Assembly: GCF_036321535.1 (NCBI RefSeq)
Contig: NC_087472.1
Location: 95,296,001-95,360,000, forward strand
Length of the DNA: 64,000 nt
DNA from: Camelus dromedarius
Taxonomy: Eukaryota
Direction: 5' to 3'
This document shows, piece by piece, positions 1-11,380 of this stretch. The position numbers and the translations under genes are program-made. Under the pieces are notes generated by a model. That model worked only from the letters and a program-made list of their open reading frames with translations. It was not told the DNA's origin and made no database searches. Position 1 is the stretch's first letter. Every line of letters starts with the position of its first letter.

Positions 1-888
1 CAGGGGAATAACAAACTGACACATGTTAACAAAAAAATTATTCTGGCTGCTGGGTTGAGAAGAGATCTTAGAAGCCATTGGTAGAGGCAGGAAAAAACAA
101 ACAAACAATAGCTGTACTTGATACTATATTTTACTCTACTATCATTATGTCTTAGCATTATTGTAGAAGGGGCATGACTGCCCAATACCAGGTGGAAAAT
201 TCCAGCTCACACAGACGATCACGAGCAGTAAATGCAGAGTCAATGTGAGCAGGAAAACTGGCCAGTGCTGTAGATGACACTCTTTGCACTGGGGGTAGAT
301 TCTGAGTGCTTCTCATTGGGGCAGAAGTGGAAATTATACACAATAAATAACACAGGCTGGGTTAAAGCACTGACCCGGCATTCTGACCTGAAAGTTTGGA
401 GCTAGGAGACTTCTACCTTCAAAGGCAGAGAACAGGCAGTGGGAACTGGTCTGCACCTTCCAGGGGGCTTATTTTCCCCTCCTGAGACAGGACAGGTTCA
501 AAGACACACTGGTGCACTGTGGTCATCAAGTTTAGTCTGTGACTTCAGAAAATTGTTTCCCTTCTCCATTTTTCTTAAGCTACAAATGAACAGCATTACA
601 GTTCTTCAGTCTCGATGAATAAATAACAAAGGCACATGCCTAAACACTCTAGCTGCATTTTCCCTACTTTTTAAAACTCAAACTTGTCAAGCAATGAGTT
701 CCTACGAAACAACCCAGGTGCTCCCTTCTAACAGAGTGACAGCCTGAGTTTACACAGTGCTCTCCGAGACCCTGCATGATCCTTTCACTTTCTACCTGGG
801 TTCTTTACCAACAGCATCTCCCACTTCTCTTCCTTTCCATCTCTCTGCCCCAGCCCCACTAGCCTCCTTCCTGTTGCCCAAACACACA

Positions 889-1370
889 TGTAGAGGGTTG
901 AATGGTGGGCCTTAAAAAGATGTGCCCCCCATAACCTGTAAACATAGCTTTATTTGGAGGGGAAAAAAAGGTTCTTTGCAGATATAATGAAGGTAAGAAT
1001 CTTGAGGTGAGATCATTCTGGGTAATAAGGGTGGGCCCCAAATCCAATGATATATTCTTCTAAGTAACAGAAGAGGAGGCAATACAAATATACAGAGGGG
1101 AAGGCCAAGCCAGAGACACAGAGGAGAAATCATGTGAAGATGAAGGCAAAGACTAGATTGATGTAACCACAAGCAAGGAAGACTTCAAGCCATCAGAAGC
1201 TGGAAGAGAACAGGAAGGATTCTCTGACAGAGACTTCAGAAAGCATGTGGCCTTGCTGATGTCTTGATTTCAGACTTCTAGCCTCCAGAACTGTGAGAGA
1301 ATACATTTCTATTGTTTTAAGCCACCCTGTTTGTGGTAATTTGTGACAGCAACCCTAGGAAACTAATACA
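889..1370 (+). mobile_element. MaLR solo LTR (MLT1B/C-like)
   Basis: TG...CA ends, MLT1-type 3' end 'cagcaaccctaggaaactaataca', perfect 5-bp TSD ACACA (884-888 / 1371-1375). Confidence 0.9.
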
Positions 1371-1632
1371 ACACAGAAGCTCTCCTGTCTCAGGGTGTTT
1401 GCACGTGCTGTTTCCTCTGCCTGGACCAGTCTCTTCAGATATTTGCATGACTGTCTCCATCAGCTCCTTTAACTCTTTGTTCAAATGTCACCTTCTCAAC
1501 AAGATCTTCTCTGACTACTCTATCTAAAGTTGCAACTTGCCTGATACTCCCCACCCCTCTTCCTAGCATTCTTTTTTCAAAATTCTCTCTTAATATATTA
1601 TACAATTTGCTACTTGAATTTTTATGACCTGT

Positions 1633-2560
1633 TGTATTGGCTTCCCAGGGCTGCCCGAAAAAATTACCACAAACTGGGCAGCTTATAACAAAAGAAATGT
1701 ATTTTCTCAAACTTCTGGAGCCTCCATGTTCAAAATCAAGGTGCTCAGGTACTCCGACTGGAGGCTCTGAGGGAGGATCCTTCCTCGCCCCTTCCTAGCT
1801 TCTGGTGGTTGCTAGCAGTTCCTGGCGTGACTTGGCTTCTAGACACATCACTCCAATCTCCGCCTCTGTCCTCACCTGGCATTTTTCCCCTGTGCTGGTG
1901 TCTGTGTCCAAATTTCCCCCTTCTTATAAGAATGCCAGTCATACTCAGCCATAAAAAATAACAAAATAATGCCATTTGCAGCAACATGGATGAACTTGGA
2001 AAATGTCATTCTAAGTGAAGCCAGAAAGAGAAAGAAAAATACCACATGATATCACTTATATGTGGAATCTTAAAAAAAAAAAAAGCCAAACAAAACTTAT
2101 TTACAAAACAGAAACAGACTCATAGACATAGAAAACAAACTTACTGTTACCAGAGAGGGAGAGGGGTGGGAAGGGATAAATTGGGAGTTCGAGATTTACA
2201 GATACTAACTAATATATATAAAATAGATAAACAGCAAGTTTATACTGTATAGCACAGGGAACCATATTCAGTATCTTGTAGTAACCTATGGTGAAGAATA
2301 TGAGAACGAATGTATGTATGTTCCTATGTGACTGAAGTATTGTGCTGTACACCAGAACGTGACACATCACTGTAAAATGACTGTACTTAAAAAAAAAAAA
2401 ATGAATGCCAGTCATCGAATGGGGGACCACCTTAACCCAGTACTACCTCATTTTAACTTGATTACATCTATGAAGAATGTATTTCCAAGTAAGGTCACAT
2501 TCACAGATACTGGAGGTTAGAACTACATCGTAACTTTGGGAGGACACAATTCAACCCACA
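1633..2560 (-). mobile_element. MaLR solo LTR (MLT1C-like), interrupted by an L1
   Basis: Starts 'tgtattggcttcccagggctgc', ends 'acaattcaacccaca'; it is the reverse complement of the LTR type at 889. Confidence 0.85.
1943..2402 (+). mobile_element. 5'-truncated young L1 (ORF2 end/3'UTR and poly(A))
   Basis: 'ataatgccatttgcagcaacatggatg', 'atcacttatatgtggaatct', poly(A) tail; perfect 13-bp TSD GAATGCCAGTCAT (1930-1942 / 2403-2415). Confidence 0.92.
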
Positions 2561-3649
2561 ATTTCTGTCTCCCTCCACTAGACTATCAGGTCCATCAGAG
2601 CAGGGATGCTTGACTATGTAAAACCTAGAGCAGTGCAGGCCATGAAATAGACATGAAATAGATGTTTTTTGAAAGAACAAGTGAATGACTAGGCACTAAT
2701 GAAATCAGGACATCTAGTGAAATACCATCAAATTAACTGGATATAGATTAAAAAATTGGCAATTTTTTAGAAAAAAAGATATGCTATGATATAAACACCA
2801 TATCCATAAAAATATCCAGCATATTGAGTAATTCATGGAATTAATATATTTTAAAAGGAAATATATTACCTTCCCGAAGCATTCAGTGTCACTCATTCGT
2901 TTCCAAGCCTCTTATTTTAGGTAGAAATCACTTTTTGTCTTGACTTCATGTCACTAGTAAACGTTTAGCCCCTATTTCCCTCCATTCTACTTCTACATGG
3001 ACTCAAATGAAAGGAGAACAGGTGAAGAATATTACTGTGCTAGTTTAATAGGATTTGATCCAGCACCTAAACAGCTGAAAATCAAATTTTACATTTCAAT
3101 ATGTGATTCCAGAGATAAAAGAATGTTCAATCTTTGACACCTACTGAATACTTCACAGTACAAAGGCAGTTAAAAAAAAAACTCTAAAAGATAAATAATT
3201 TAAGGGCGAAAGCTCAAGTTTCTATGGTTGGCAATGTTCATGGTTCATGCATTAAGTAAAACCAGTGGTGACATCATTATTCAAAGGAGAATCAGTTAAG
3301 AAGGCTCTGTGGGGCATCTGTGTGTCTAACGTCCAACACTGCTGCCATCCCCTTAAAAAGAATAACTGAATCCTGATTGTGACAATAAAGCAGCACAGAA
3401 GGTCTCTACTCTTTCTGCCTCAACACGCTTCATTTAATGAGTGAGTTGTGAGTTCTTCTTATAAAACTAAACTCAACAGAAGGAGGAAAAAGTAATGTAG
3501 GTAGGTATTTTCAAATGTCATCTTTTAAATATATTTTTGTCAATATGGACGCATGGTGTATTATTATGAAATGCGAAAATATCCACTGAGGCTTTCTGCT
3601 TCCCATTTTACTACAAAAGTAAAATGCTCTTTTGCTGGAGAAGCGGCAG

Positions 3650-3666
3650 CAGCGCCATCTTCTGGA
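3650..3666 (-). promoter_or_regulatory. Candidate CTCF site overlapping a YY1 core
   Basis: Minus strand CCAGAAGATGGCGCTG is one mismatch from CCASYAGRKGGCRS and contains AAGATGGCG; lies in unique sequence. Confidence 0.6.
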
Positions 3667-4687
3667 ATAAATGGAATAGGACATAATTATGGTGTTTGTA
3701 AAAGAGTACTGAGGAAAAGCAGATTATCGACGTGCAAGCAGCAAATTGAGAAGCCTGCAAATCAATCTGAGTTGTTAATCATCAAGGAAGAAATTAACAC
3801 AGAATCAATTTCTGACATGAACAAGCAACTGCATAAGGGCAGCAAACCGCTCTTGCAAAAGCAAGATTTGTGTGGGTAGTGCATGCCACTGTAAAATTTT
3901 TTTAATGTATAAAACACACACAAAAATGAGACAGCATTAGAGGGGAAAATATGCTCCATGAATTAACTGAAAAAAAGTGAATCATGAGATCCCACTAGAT
4001 TCAGATCACTTTGCTATGGGAAAGTGGGAGAGATGGATAAAAAAATCTTAAATATTCTTGCTGCCTGCCAGGTACATATAATATAAAATGGAGTAAAGGG
4101 GCTGACAGGATTCCGGCAGCAGACCATACAGAGAGTCACTAAATGGTAGGGCAGAGTTCTATGGAATACTTGGATTTGGAGATGGGAGAGGAACCTCCTG
4201 GAGTGGAACAAAGGTTGGGAAGCCCCCTATACGGCACAGTCACTGTAGGAAGGCAGAATTCTAAGATGCTAGTCCAAGATTCCCGGCCCCTTATGTCCAT
4301 TCACCTTCAACCTGTTACTCCAGCAAACACTCATCTAGGCACAGCTGAAAGGAACGCTGTAATGAGCTGATTTTAAGATACAGAGCATCAAGGTGGATCT
4401 GACTTTAATCACCCTTTAAAAGCAGAGGGTTTTCTTTGGCTGTTTGCAGAGGAGGAAGTCAGAGATCTGAGGTGACATTGCTGGCTTGTGGATGAAGGGG
4501 GCCCCATGTCAAGGAATGAAGGTGGCCTCGAGAGCAAAGAGTGGTCTCTGCTGACAGCCAGCCCAGGATGGGGACCTCAGTTGTACAACTGCATGGAAAT
4601 GAATCATCTGCCAGGAACAAGAATGTGCTTGGAAGTAGATCTTTCCTCGGTCTCCAAATAAACAAAGTGAATGAAAAAAGTCACGTG

Positions 4688-4834
4688 GTTGGCGTAGACA
4701 TAGCTTAGCAGTAGAGTGCATGCTTTAGCATGCAGGATGTCCTGGGTTCAATCTCCAGTATCTATGTATGTATGTATAAATAAATAGGAAAAGAAATCTA
4801 ATTACCCCCTCCCCCCAGCCAAAAAAAAAAAAAA
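4688..4834 (+). mobile_element. tRNA-derived SINE (Vic-1-like)
   Basis: Degenerate A box 'tagcttagcagtagag', B box 'gggttcaatctc', 'ctaattacccc', A tail; TSD approximately GAAAAAAGTC. Confidence 0.85.
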
Positions 4835-4853
4835 AGAAAAAAGTCTCTTGCCG

Positions 4854-5280
4854 TATCAGTAAACAAAGGATGTTGAGTCCATCAAGCCAGCAGCCACTGC
4901 AGCTGCCCCACAACTGTGCACCCTAAGGGGATTCAGGATGGAGAAAAGCAAGACACAAGCTACTGGCCCTAGATGGTTAAGGTGCACGTCAAAGGAATGA
5001 TTTCAGTAAGCCCAGATTCTTGCATCCTCCCATACACAGAAATGTGCTAAATTCATTAACCTGAGATGCCTGGTTTTCTTTAAATAACAGCAATCTTTTG
5101 ATGTGTCTCGACTACATGGTTTTTGTTGCAAAACTCCTTTATATCCTGGCTCCTCCATTACCTCTTTGAAACAGTCCCTCAAAGGTATCTGAGAGGCTGC
5201 CTTCTGGGCTCTCAGTTTTGTCTACCAAATAAAATCTAATTCTCAACTTTTAGGTTGTGCATTTTTTTCCCCAGTCGATA
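4854..5280 (+). mobile_element. ERV1-type solo LTR (family A; paralog at 52812)
   Basis: Colinear similarity with 52812-53258 ('gtcaaaggaatga', 'cctcccatacacagaaa', 'tgagaggctg', AATAAA, 'cagtcga'). Confidence 0.8.
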
Positions 5281-5926
5281 ACTGCCTGGCAGGCACATAG
5301 ACTTCATTCAGCCTGTGATCTCCAAAACTGAGAATCCGGCCACGCCATGCTGGAGCCATACCACTGGGAGACAATAAATGAGCGTATTTTAAACCACTAA
5401 GTCCATGGCAATTTATTATTTAGCAATAGAAAATTAATAGATAAGAACAGATACGTTTCAAGTTGCTTTCTAGAAGCATTTGCATCCAGCTTTTGTATTT
5501 GCTGAGGGGGTTATACAATCTGCCCTTTCCTCCTACCATGCTTAGTCTTGCTTTCAAATAAATATTTTAGAACACATTAAAAGATGAACCTCCTTGGCAG
5601 GCACCAAATTATCAGCTTTCTCAGCAGACCTGCATCATTAACCCACACCCAGGTGCCCTTGTGTCTGCCAATAACCAGGAGTGAAAAATCAAAATATTGA
5701 ACGGCTGGTATGACAGGAGCCTGGTCACTCAGCTGCCTGATCTACCAGAAGGGCTGCGCGCTGGTTACCATCCTGGAGGGAAACAGGCAAGAAGAAAGGT
5801 AGGAATGTGGCAGAACATCTTGGGAGGCAGGGAAAGAAGACAGTTTGGCAAAGCTGGTTTTATCGAAGAGTCAACCCTCCTTGGCTTCTTGGAGGCACTG
5901 TTGTCACTCTCGGTAACTTTATCCTG

Positions 5927-6166
5927 AGGGTGGCTAGATTTAGGTGAGCAGAATAACATGGCACCAAGTTCAGCATTCAGATGAACAACGGAGAATTATG
6001 TAGGATAAGTATGTCCAAAATATGACATAGACCCCATGGACATGATAGACCAGTTTACTCCCAGCCAATCAGTAAATAGCACATGAGACATACTTACACA
6101 AGAACAGTTATTGTTTAGCTCAAACTCACACTGAACTGAGCAGCCTGTATTCTGTTGGGCAACTCT
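5927..6166. mobile_element. MER53-like palindromic hAT MITE
   Basis: Terminal inverted ends 'agggtggc'/'ggcaactct'; internal 'ttcagatgaacaac', 'taagtatgtc' and 'gacatactta' form inverted arms. Confidence 0.7.
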
Positions 6167-6257
6167 ATTCATCTTTGTCTTCTCTTCCTCCCTACACAGG
6201 TCATTTTTTACTTAAAATAGATCTAACTTTCAGGTCCTTCTCTCTTCCAAGGTATCT

Positions 6258-6636
6258 TACAGTAATAACCCAAATCTTCACCATCCCTGGACCTGGGCAC
6301 TCTAACTTCGCAGGTCATCCTGCATCCTATGTCCCCAGCCCTTGACTTTGACTTCAGCCATGTTACTTGCTGTGACCAACAGAGTAGGGCGGACATGACA
6401 GCATGCCATTTCCCAGCTTGAGCTTTGAGAACCCTTGAGGGTGCTTCTCCTGTCCTCTTGCACTTCTGCATCCCTTGACTCCCAGATGGAGGATGCAGCT
6501 TCCCCCGCTGAGCCTGGTCTAGACCAGTTTACTTGCAGCCAATCACCAGACTCATGAGCCAAATAAATGCATATTGTTGGGAAGATGGTACGGTTGCTTT
6601 TTATAGGACACTGCTATCATCCTAGGTAACCGATAC
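6258..6636 (+). mobile_element. Old MaLR LTR (MLT1H/J-like)
   Basis: 'ttgacttcagccatgttacttgctgtgaccaa', 'aataaatgcatattgtt', 3' end 'taaccgatac'. Confidence 0.65.
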
Positions 6637-8323
6637 CTCCCTTCCCATTTCATGGTTAGGGTGTCAAAAGAGAAGTTCAATAACCGCAATGCTGGCTGGC
6701 TTAAGAGGCCACAAAAGGAAAGAAAGAAAATCAGTCCCTGGACACATGAGAAAAAACTATATTACCCCTACGGGTCTCTCAGGTGCCTTGGAGAATCCCA
6801 GAGAAAGCACCAAGAGGAGAAGGGAAACTTATTGATCCTTACTCTAATGCTCCAAGAGTTATTGTCTTTTCACATCTCTGTTTTATTTTGAACTGTCATG
6901 CTGAGCTTTATTGAGAATTACAGTGTTGGTAGGGAGGATCTGATAAAGCTTGTACGGCATTGCTTTCGTTGAATTCTAGGCTTTTTTTCTTCTTTTTTTT
7001 ATCCTTTTCATTTTACCTGGTGTCTCTCTGAATCAAGCACCTCTGATTTTCTTATATCCACCTAAGGATTGGAGCTAAATAACTTTATTAAAGGCCAATT
7101 AACTGTAGTTCGGTTCTCTCACACTCAGACATATTTTCCTGCATATCTGAAGGCCTTAACATATGCAAACACCCCCACAGTTCAATTTCTTTTCCAGTAT
7201 ACCTTTTAAGAGTGTGTAGTTGAGCATTTATTTTTAATATGATTGATACTGTAGCAGATACCCAGTAAATCTCTAGGCCACACAGCTTTTCCATTACCGA
7301 TTGAATCAATAGCTTGTACTTGTTCATTTGGCTTTTATGACACAGAACAGATAAACTGAATCTCACTGGATGGTTCCAAGACCGATAATGGGATACTGGT
7401 CCATGTATTTCTGCTGTGTCATCTCTCCAAGTTCATCTGGATATCATCACCAAAAGTATCCTGAAAGCTGGTTTATGTAGCATTCTATCAACTGGACACC
7501 CCCATTAACCAGCCCTTCTACTCTTTGCCAGGGTCATGATCGCAACATATCTACAAGACCCTAAAATGCCTCCTCGCCAGTCATATTAAACTATATCCAA
7601 ACATTTTTTGTAAAAGTTTTAACGTATTAGATTTTCAGTCCCCCATCATCACTGCATTCCTCATATCTTGCCAGCTTCCTTTTTTATTGACAGCTATTTT
7701 CATTCTCAAAGCTATCACCATTACATCACAATTAGCTATGTATGGAGGTGAACCTGTTAGAATGGGGGGAGGCCTATAATCCAGTTACAGGCACCTTTGT
7801 TTCTGGCTATAATCATTGCTTTTGATAAAATACTCCTTATGGGGACTAAATGACTAACTCTTTTAGTCATTTAGTTAATACAGAAAAGAACACAACTTAT
7901 ACTTAATTGGAAAAATATGAACTACTGCTTAAGCGTCATCAACCCCAGCCCATGGGGCCCCTGGTGTCAGTAATGGCAGTCCTTCAGCCCCACACACAGC
8001 ATGAGCTGCTTTCATGGCTCTGTTTTCTTACATTTCAACTCTACTTGCTGAGCAGAAAAGATCTCTAGAAGAACACTTCATTTCCCTGGCCAAAACAAAT
8101 TTCTAATTATAAAGGAACCAGTTGCCTTGTTGTACTGAAAGTGCTTTAAGAACTTGTATGCCCGAAAAACAAGCCCTTTCAGTGTTTTTTTTTTTTATTT
8201 TAGAGTGAAGCATTTTATTTTATCATTCAGTTTTTATCCTTTACTTCAGGTTATAAAGAGACACAAACATGACAGCTGAACAATGACTAAATTCGTAGGA
8301 AAATGGAGTTAAGTAGCTAGAGT

Positions 8324-8555
8324 TTATTTATTTTTTAACCCCTTTATTGTGGTATGGTTCCTATACAGTAAACTAAACTTACAGTTACCAGGGGGTAAAG
8401 GGTGGGAAGGGATAAACTGGGAGTTCAAACATTGCACCTCTTGGGGAGTGATGGAAATGTTAGCTATCTTGATTGTGGCAGTGGTTTCATTGGTGTATAT
8501 ACATCTATCAAAATTCATCAAATTGTATATCTGAAATATGTGTAGTTTACTTTTC
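8324..8555. mobile_element. Chimeric L1 junction: old L1 tail (-), young L1 3'UTR piece (+, ~8375-8436), old L1 3'UTR (+)
   Basis: 8375-8436 resembles 2137-2200; the flanks resemble older L1M 3' ends in opposite orientations. Confidence 0.6.
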
Positions 8556-10619
8556 AGGAACTAAGCCCTTTCAATTTTGATGTCAACTTGTTTAGCTTTA
8601 ATCACCCAGTTTCTATTCATGCTCCCACCCTCTTTCCCCTTCTGATGACTTTCCTGCTGGAGAAATGTAACAGTCCCATATTTAATTAACCAATACTCAT
8701 TTCAAAGAAATGTTAGGGTAATTTAATCATTGTTAAGACCCCACACAGAACATCTTACTGTACAGCTTAACAGGAACCAAAGAATTAACTTCCTTGATTA
8801 TTTTACAGGCTTTCAAATTTTTTCCAAGAAGAGAAAGTTTTTTGGAGGAGGTGGTCCTGTTCACTGGTGTTTGGTCTCTCTAGTATTTTAAGTGGATTCA
8901 TAATTCTTTATAAAAAGCCATCTTCCATCTTTCTTATTCTCATTGCAAGAATAAACTTCTTACAACATCTCAGCTAGTTAGAGATACAGGGATTTCAAAG
9001 ACTCAAGAACATAACCTTCTCATTTTACAAACAAGAGACTTGAAATCCAAGGAACTCAAAAGACTTTATCAAGGTAACTCAGTAAGCCACACCTCTTAAA
9101 TTTTCTTCTGTGGTCCATTCAACTGATTAATCTTATTTTCTTAATTCCACTATCCAAGATCCCAGATCAAACTCCCAAATGACATATTGAATATATTTAA
9201 TGAATGTGTGTAAACAGTAATGGGCTTTAGACTCCCCAGTGAAGCATACACAAAATACCTGCTCCCCTGCATAGACAGCACATTCTCTTTGGGAGAAACA
9301 GCTGTGCAATGACTTCTCTGAATGTACAATTCACTTTTTAAAAGGTCCTTAGAGGCAAAGTGACTTTGCAATCTGCAACATTCACCAGCTAAGCTACAGC
9401 TCCGTACAGTCTGACAAACGACTACCCCATTCTTAAAAGCAAGTGTGAGAATTGGTCCTTGGCCTCAGTCAATACCTATTTTCTCAGTTCTATAGCAATT
9501 TCATAAAAAATATGGGGTATTCATATGGTTTATAGGTTGCATTGAGGAAAATGAAAATTATTATTTTTTTCCAAAAGTATAGCCCTTCAGAGGCTAGCAA
9601 TTGAAAGGCACTATGTGGTGGAGATGGCTGCCGACTGGGGATGGAACTTCGGTTGGGTGGAAATTCAGGGCTTTGGCCCAAAGTTGAAAAATCGCCAGCA
9701 GTTTGAACCTATATGTCATGTGGAAGGAGTCTGGCTCCAACTACATGTCATTTAAAACTATCAAAACTTCTCCAACAATACCAGCAAGGCTCACTGGACC
9801 TTCCCAAAGTCTCAACTAGTCCACTTTGTAAACACAGTATTTCACTGAAGAGCTGAACACATATTTTAAGAAATGAAAGTACTTCTTTTCCACAGAAGAT
9901 TATTAACTATGATAGCATACTCAAAAATTCAATAGCTACTCCCATGCATTAGGAATAACCAAAATGATTTGTTCATTTATTTATTAACCATTAAGCGTCA
10001 CTTCTATGGCAGATGCTGTTCTCAGTGTTGTTGAACAATTAATTTTAGTGAACTAGATAAAGTTCTTGCCCTCATTTGAATCCATTTGCTTTGCAATGTG
10101 ACAAAGAACCTCCCTGCCCCACTTCCGGGTAGAAGATCCTGTTATAAAAGTAGCCTCAATCAAGAAGTAATGTGTGAGAACACACTAGGTTTTCATCCTA
10201 ATACACAATATAGTTCCCAATCTCGACATTAATATAGTCACTGATCCTTCTCCTTTGAGTATAAATGTGGCTGACAATTAGCTCCTCCTTATTTGGAATT
10301 CTAATGCACAATTGCCCCTACAGAGCTCATTAGGAGTCTCGTTCAAGTTACATGTATTCTGGCTCATAGCTGGCATATTTTCTAACATTACAAGTATGCC
10401 TTATTAAGCAGAACCTTGCTGAATGAGGCAGACACCCATTCTCTTCCTCATTTTGACTAGAGAAAAAGAAGATACTACTGAATTCCAAAAACATCGGCTT
10501 TGAAAGCCATCTATGAAAATGTAAAAGCCTATATGATGACCATACTTTCTGATGGGTCTAGCAAGCACACTCTGAACGTTTTCTTCATCAACATGACTGG
10601 ATTAAAAAAATGAAGGTCA

Positions 10620-11380
10620 GAAGGGCTATAGTAAACCCTTTAATTGGCTATTTCCTAGTCCCAGTGAGAAATTGAGAGACTCAACTAAATCAACAGCAAC
10701 AAGCATGGAGACATGGAATCAGGGGACAGATTTAGAAGTCATTATTAAGGAAAGCATACAATGCAAACTGGTGACCCATAAAGGAGAAGGTCAGGATGAG
10801 TTGTGGATACTGACCATATTCTGGCGTGGACAACTGGAGGGATGACTGTGCTGAGGTAGAGAAATGCAGGAGGAGGGACATGGAAGGGGAGGAAGTTGAG
10901 TTCTCTCAGCTCATCATATTCCAGATCCCTAGAAGACACCCAAGTAGAGCTATCCCATGGGTTCCTGGATACATGTGGGGCTGGCCATATCTACAGATTT
11001 GCCCAGGATAGCTTTTGTTTATGGTTATTGTTCCAGAAAAAAAAATCATTAATAGCACTGACTTTCAATCCCACCAAATGTTCTAGTTTCGTCAATAAAT
11101 TATATGGTCCTCTTAGTCATATGGCACAGGATTTTGGGCCATTTGTGTCCAATTTAGAGATAAGTCTTTTGGTGTCATCAGTACATAGGTAGTAGGTAAA
11201 GAAGAGTTATAGGACGGCATCACCCTAATGGAGATTTTAATCGAACCGGAGAAATAACTAAGACCAAGAGAAAGATGGAGGAAGAGGGCCCCCGAAGGAG
11301 AAGAAAAGCAAAAAGGATCTAGAGAGCCAGAAAAAAACACCCTAAAAATTAATATTATTCTGGAAACCAAGGGAAGACAA
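10620..11380 (-). mobile_element. L2 fragment interrupted by a MER94-like MITE (~10978-11112)
   Basis: 'ggaagttgagttc', 'agacacccaagtagagctatcc'; MITE 'ggctggccatat...ttgcccaggatag...tatatggtcctct'. Confidence 0.55.

Larger units (their letters stand above)
790..2690 (+). mobile_element. L2 LINE 3' end, split by two MaLR LTR insertions (L2 pieces ~790-888, 1376-1630, 2563-2690)
   Basis: L2-like motifs 'ctcagggtgtttgcacgtgctgtttcctctgcctgga', 'tcaaatgtcaccttctca', 'tgtctccctccactagact...cagggat' and a terminal 'gtgaatga'. Confidence 0.7.
4244..5441 (+). mobile_element. MaLR solo LTR (MLT1E/F-like), interrupted by a SINE and an ERV LTR
   Basis: Start 'tgtaggaaggcagaattctaagatg'; 3' end 'taaaccactaagtccatggcaatttattatttagcaatagaaaattaatag'. 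Confidence 0.75.

Noticed and set aside
3553..3879. 108-aa ORF as a CDS
   Set aside because: No recognisable domain or exon structure; better explained as non-coding regulatory sequence.
7366..7461. Minus-strand exon candidate
   Set aside because: The pyrimidine tract is weak and all three frames from the acceptor contain stops.
10533..10575. C/D-box snoRNA (ATGATGA...CTGA...CTGA)
   Set aside because: The span is only ~43 nt with no terminal stem, too short for a snoRNA.
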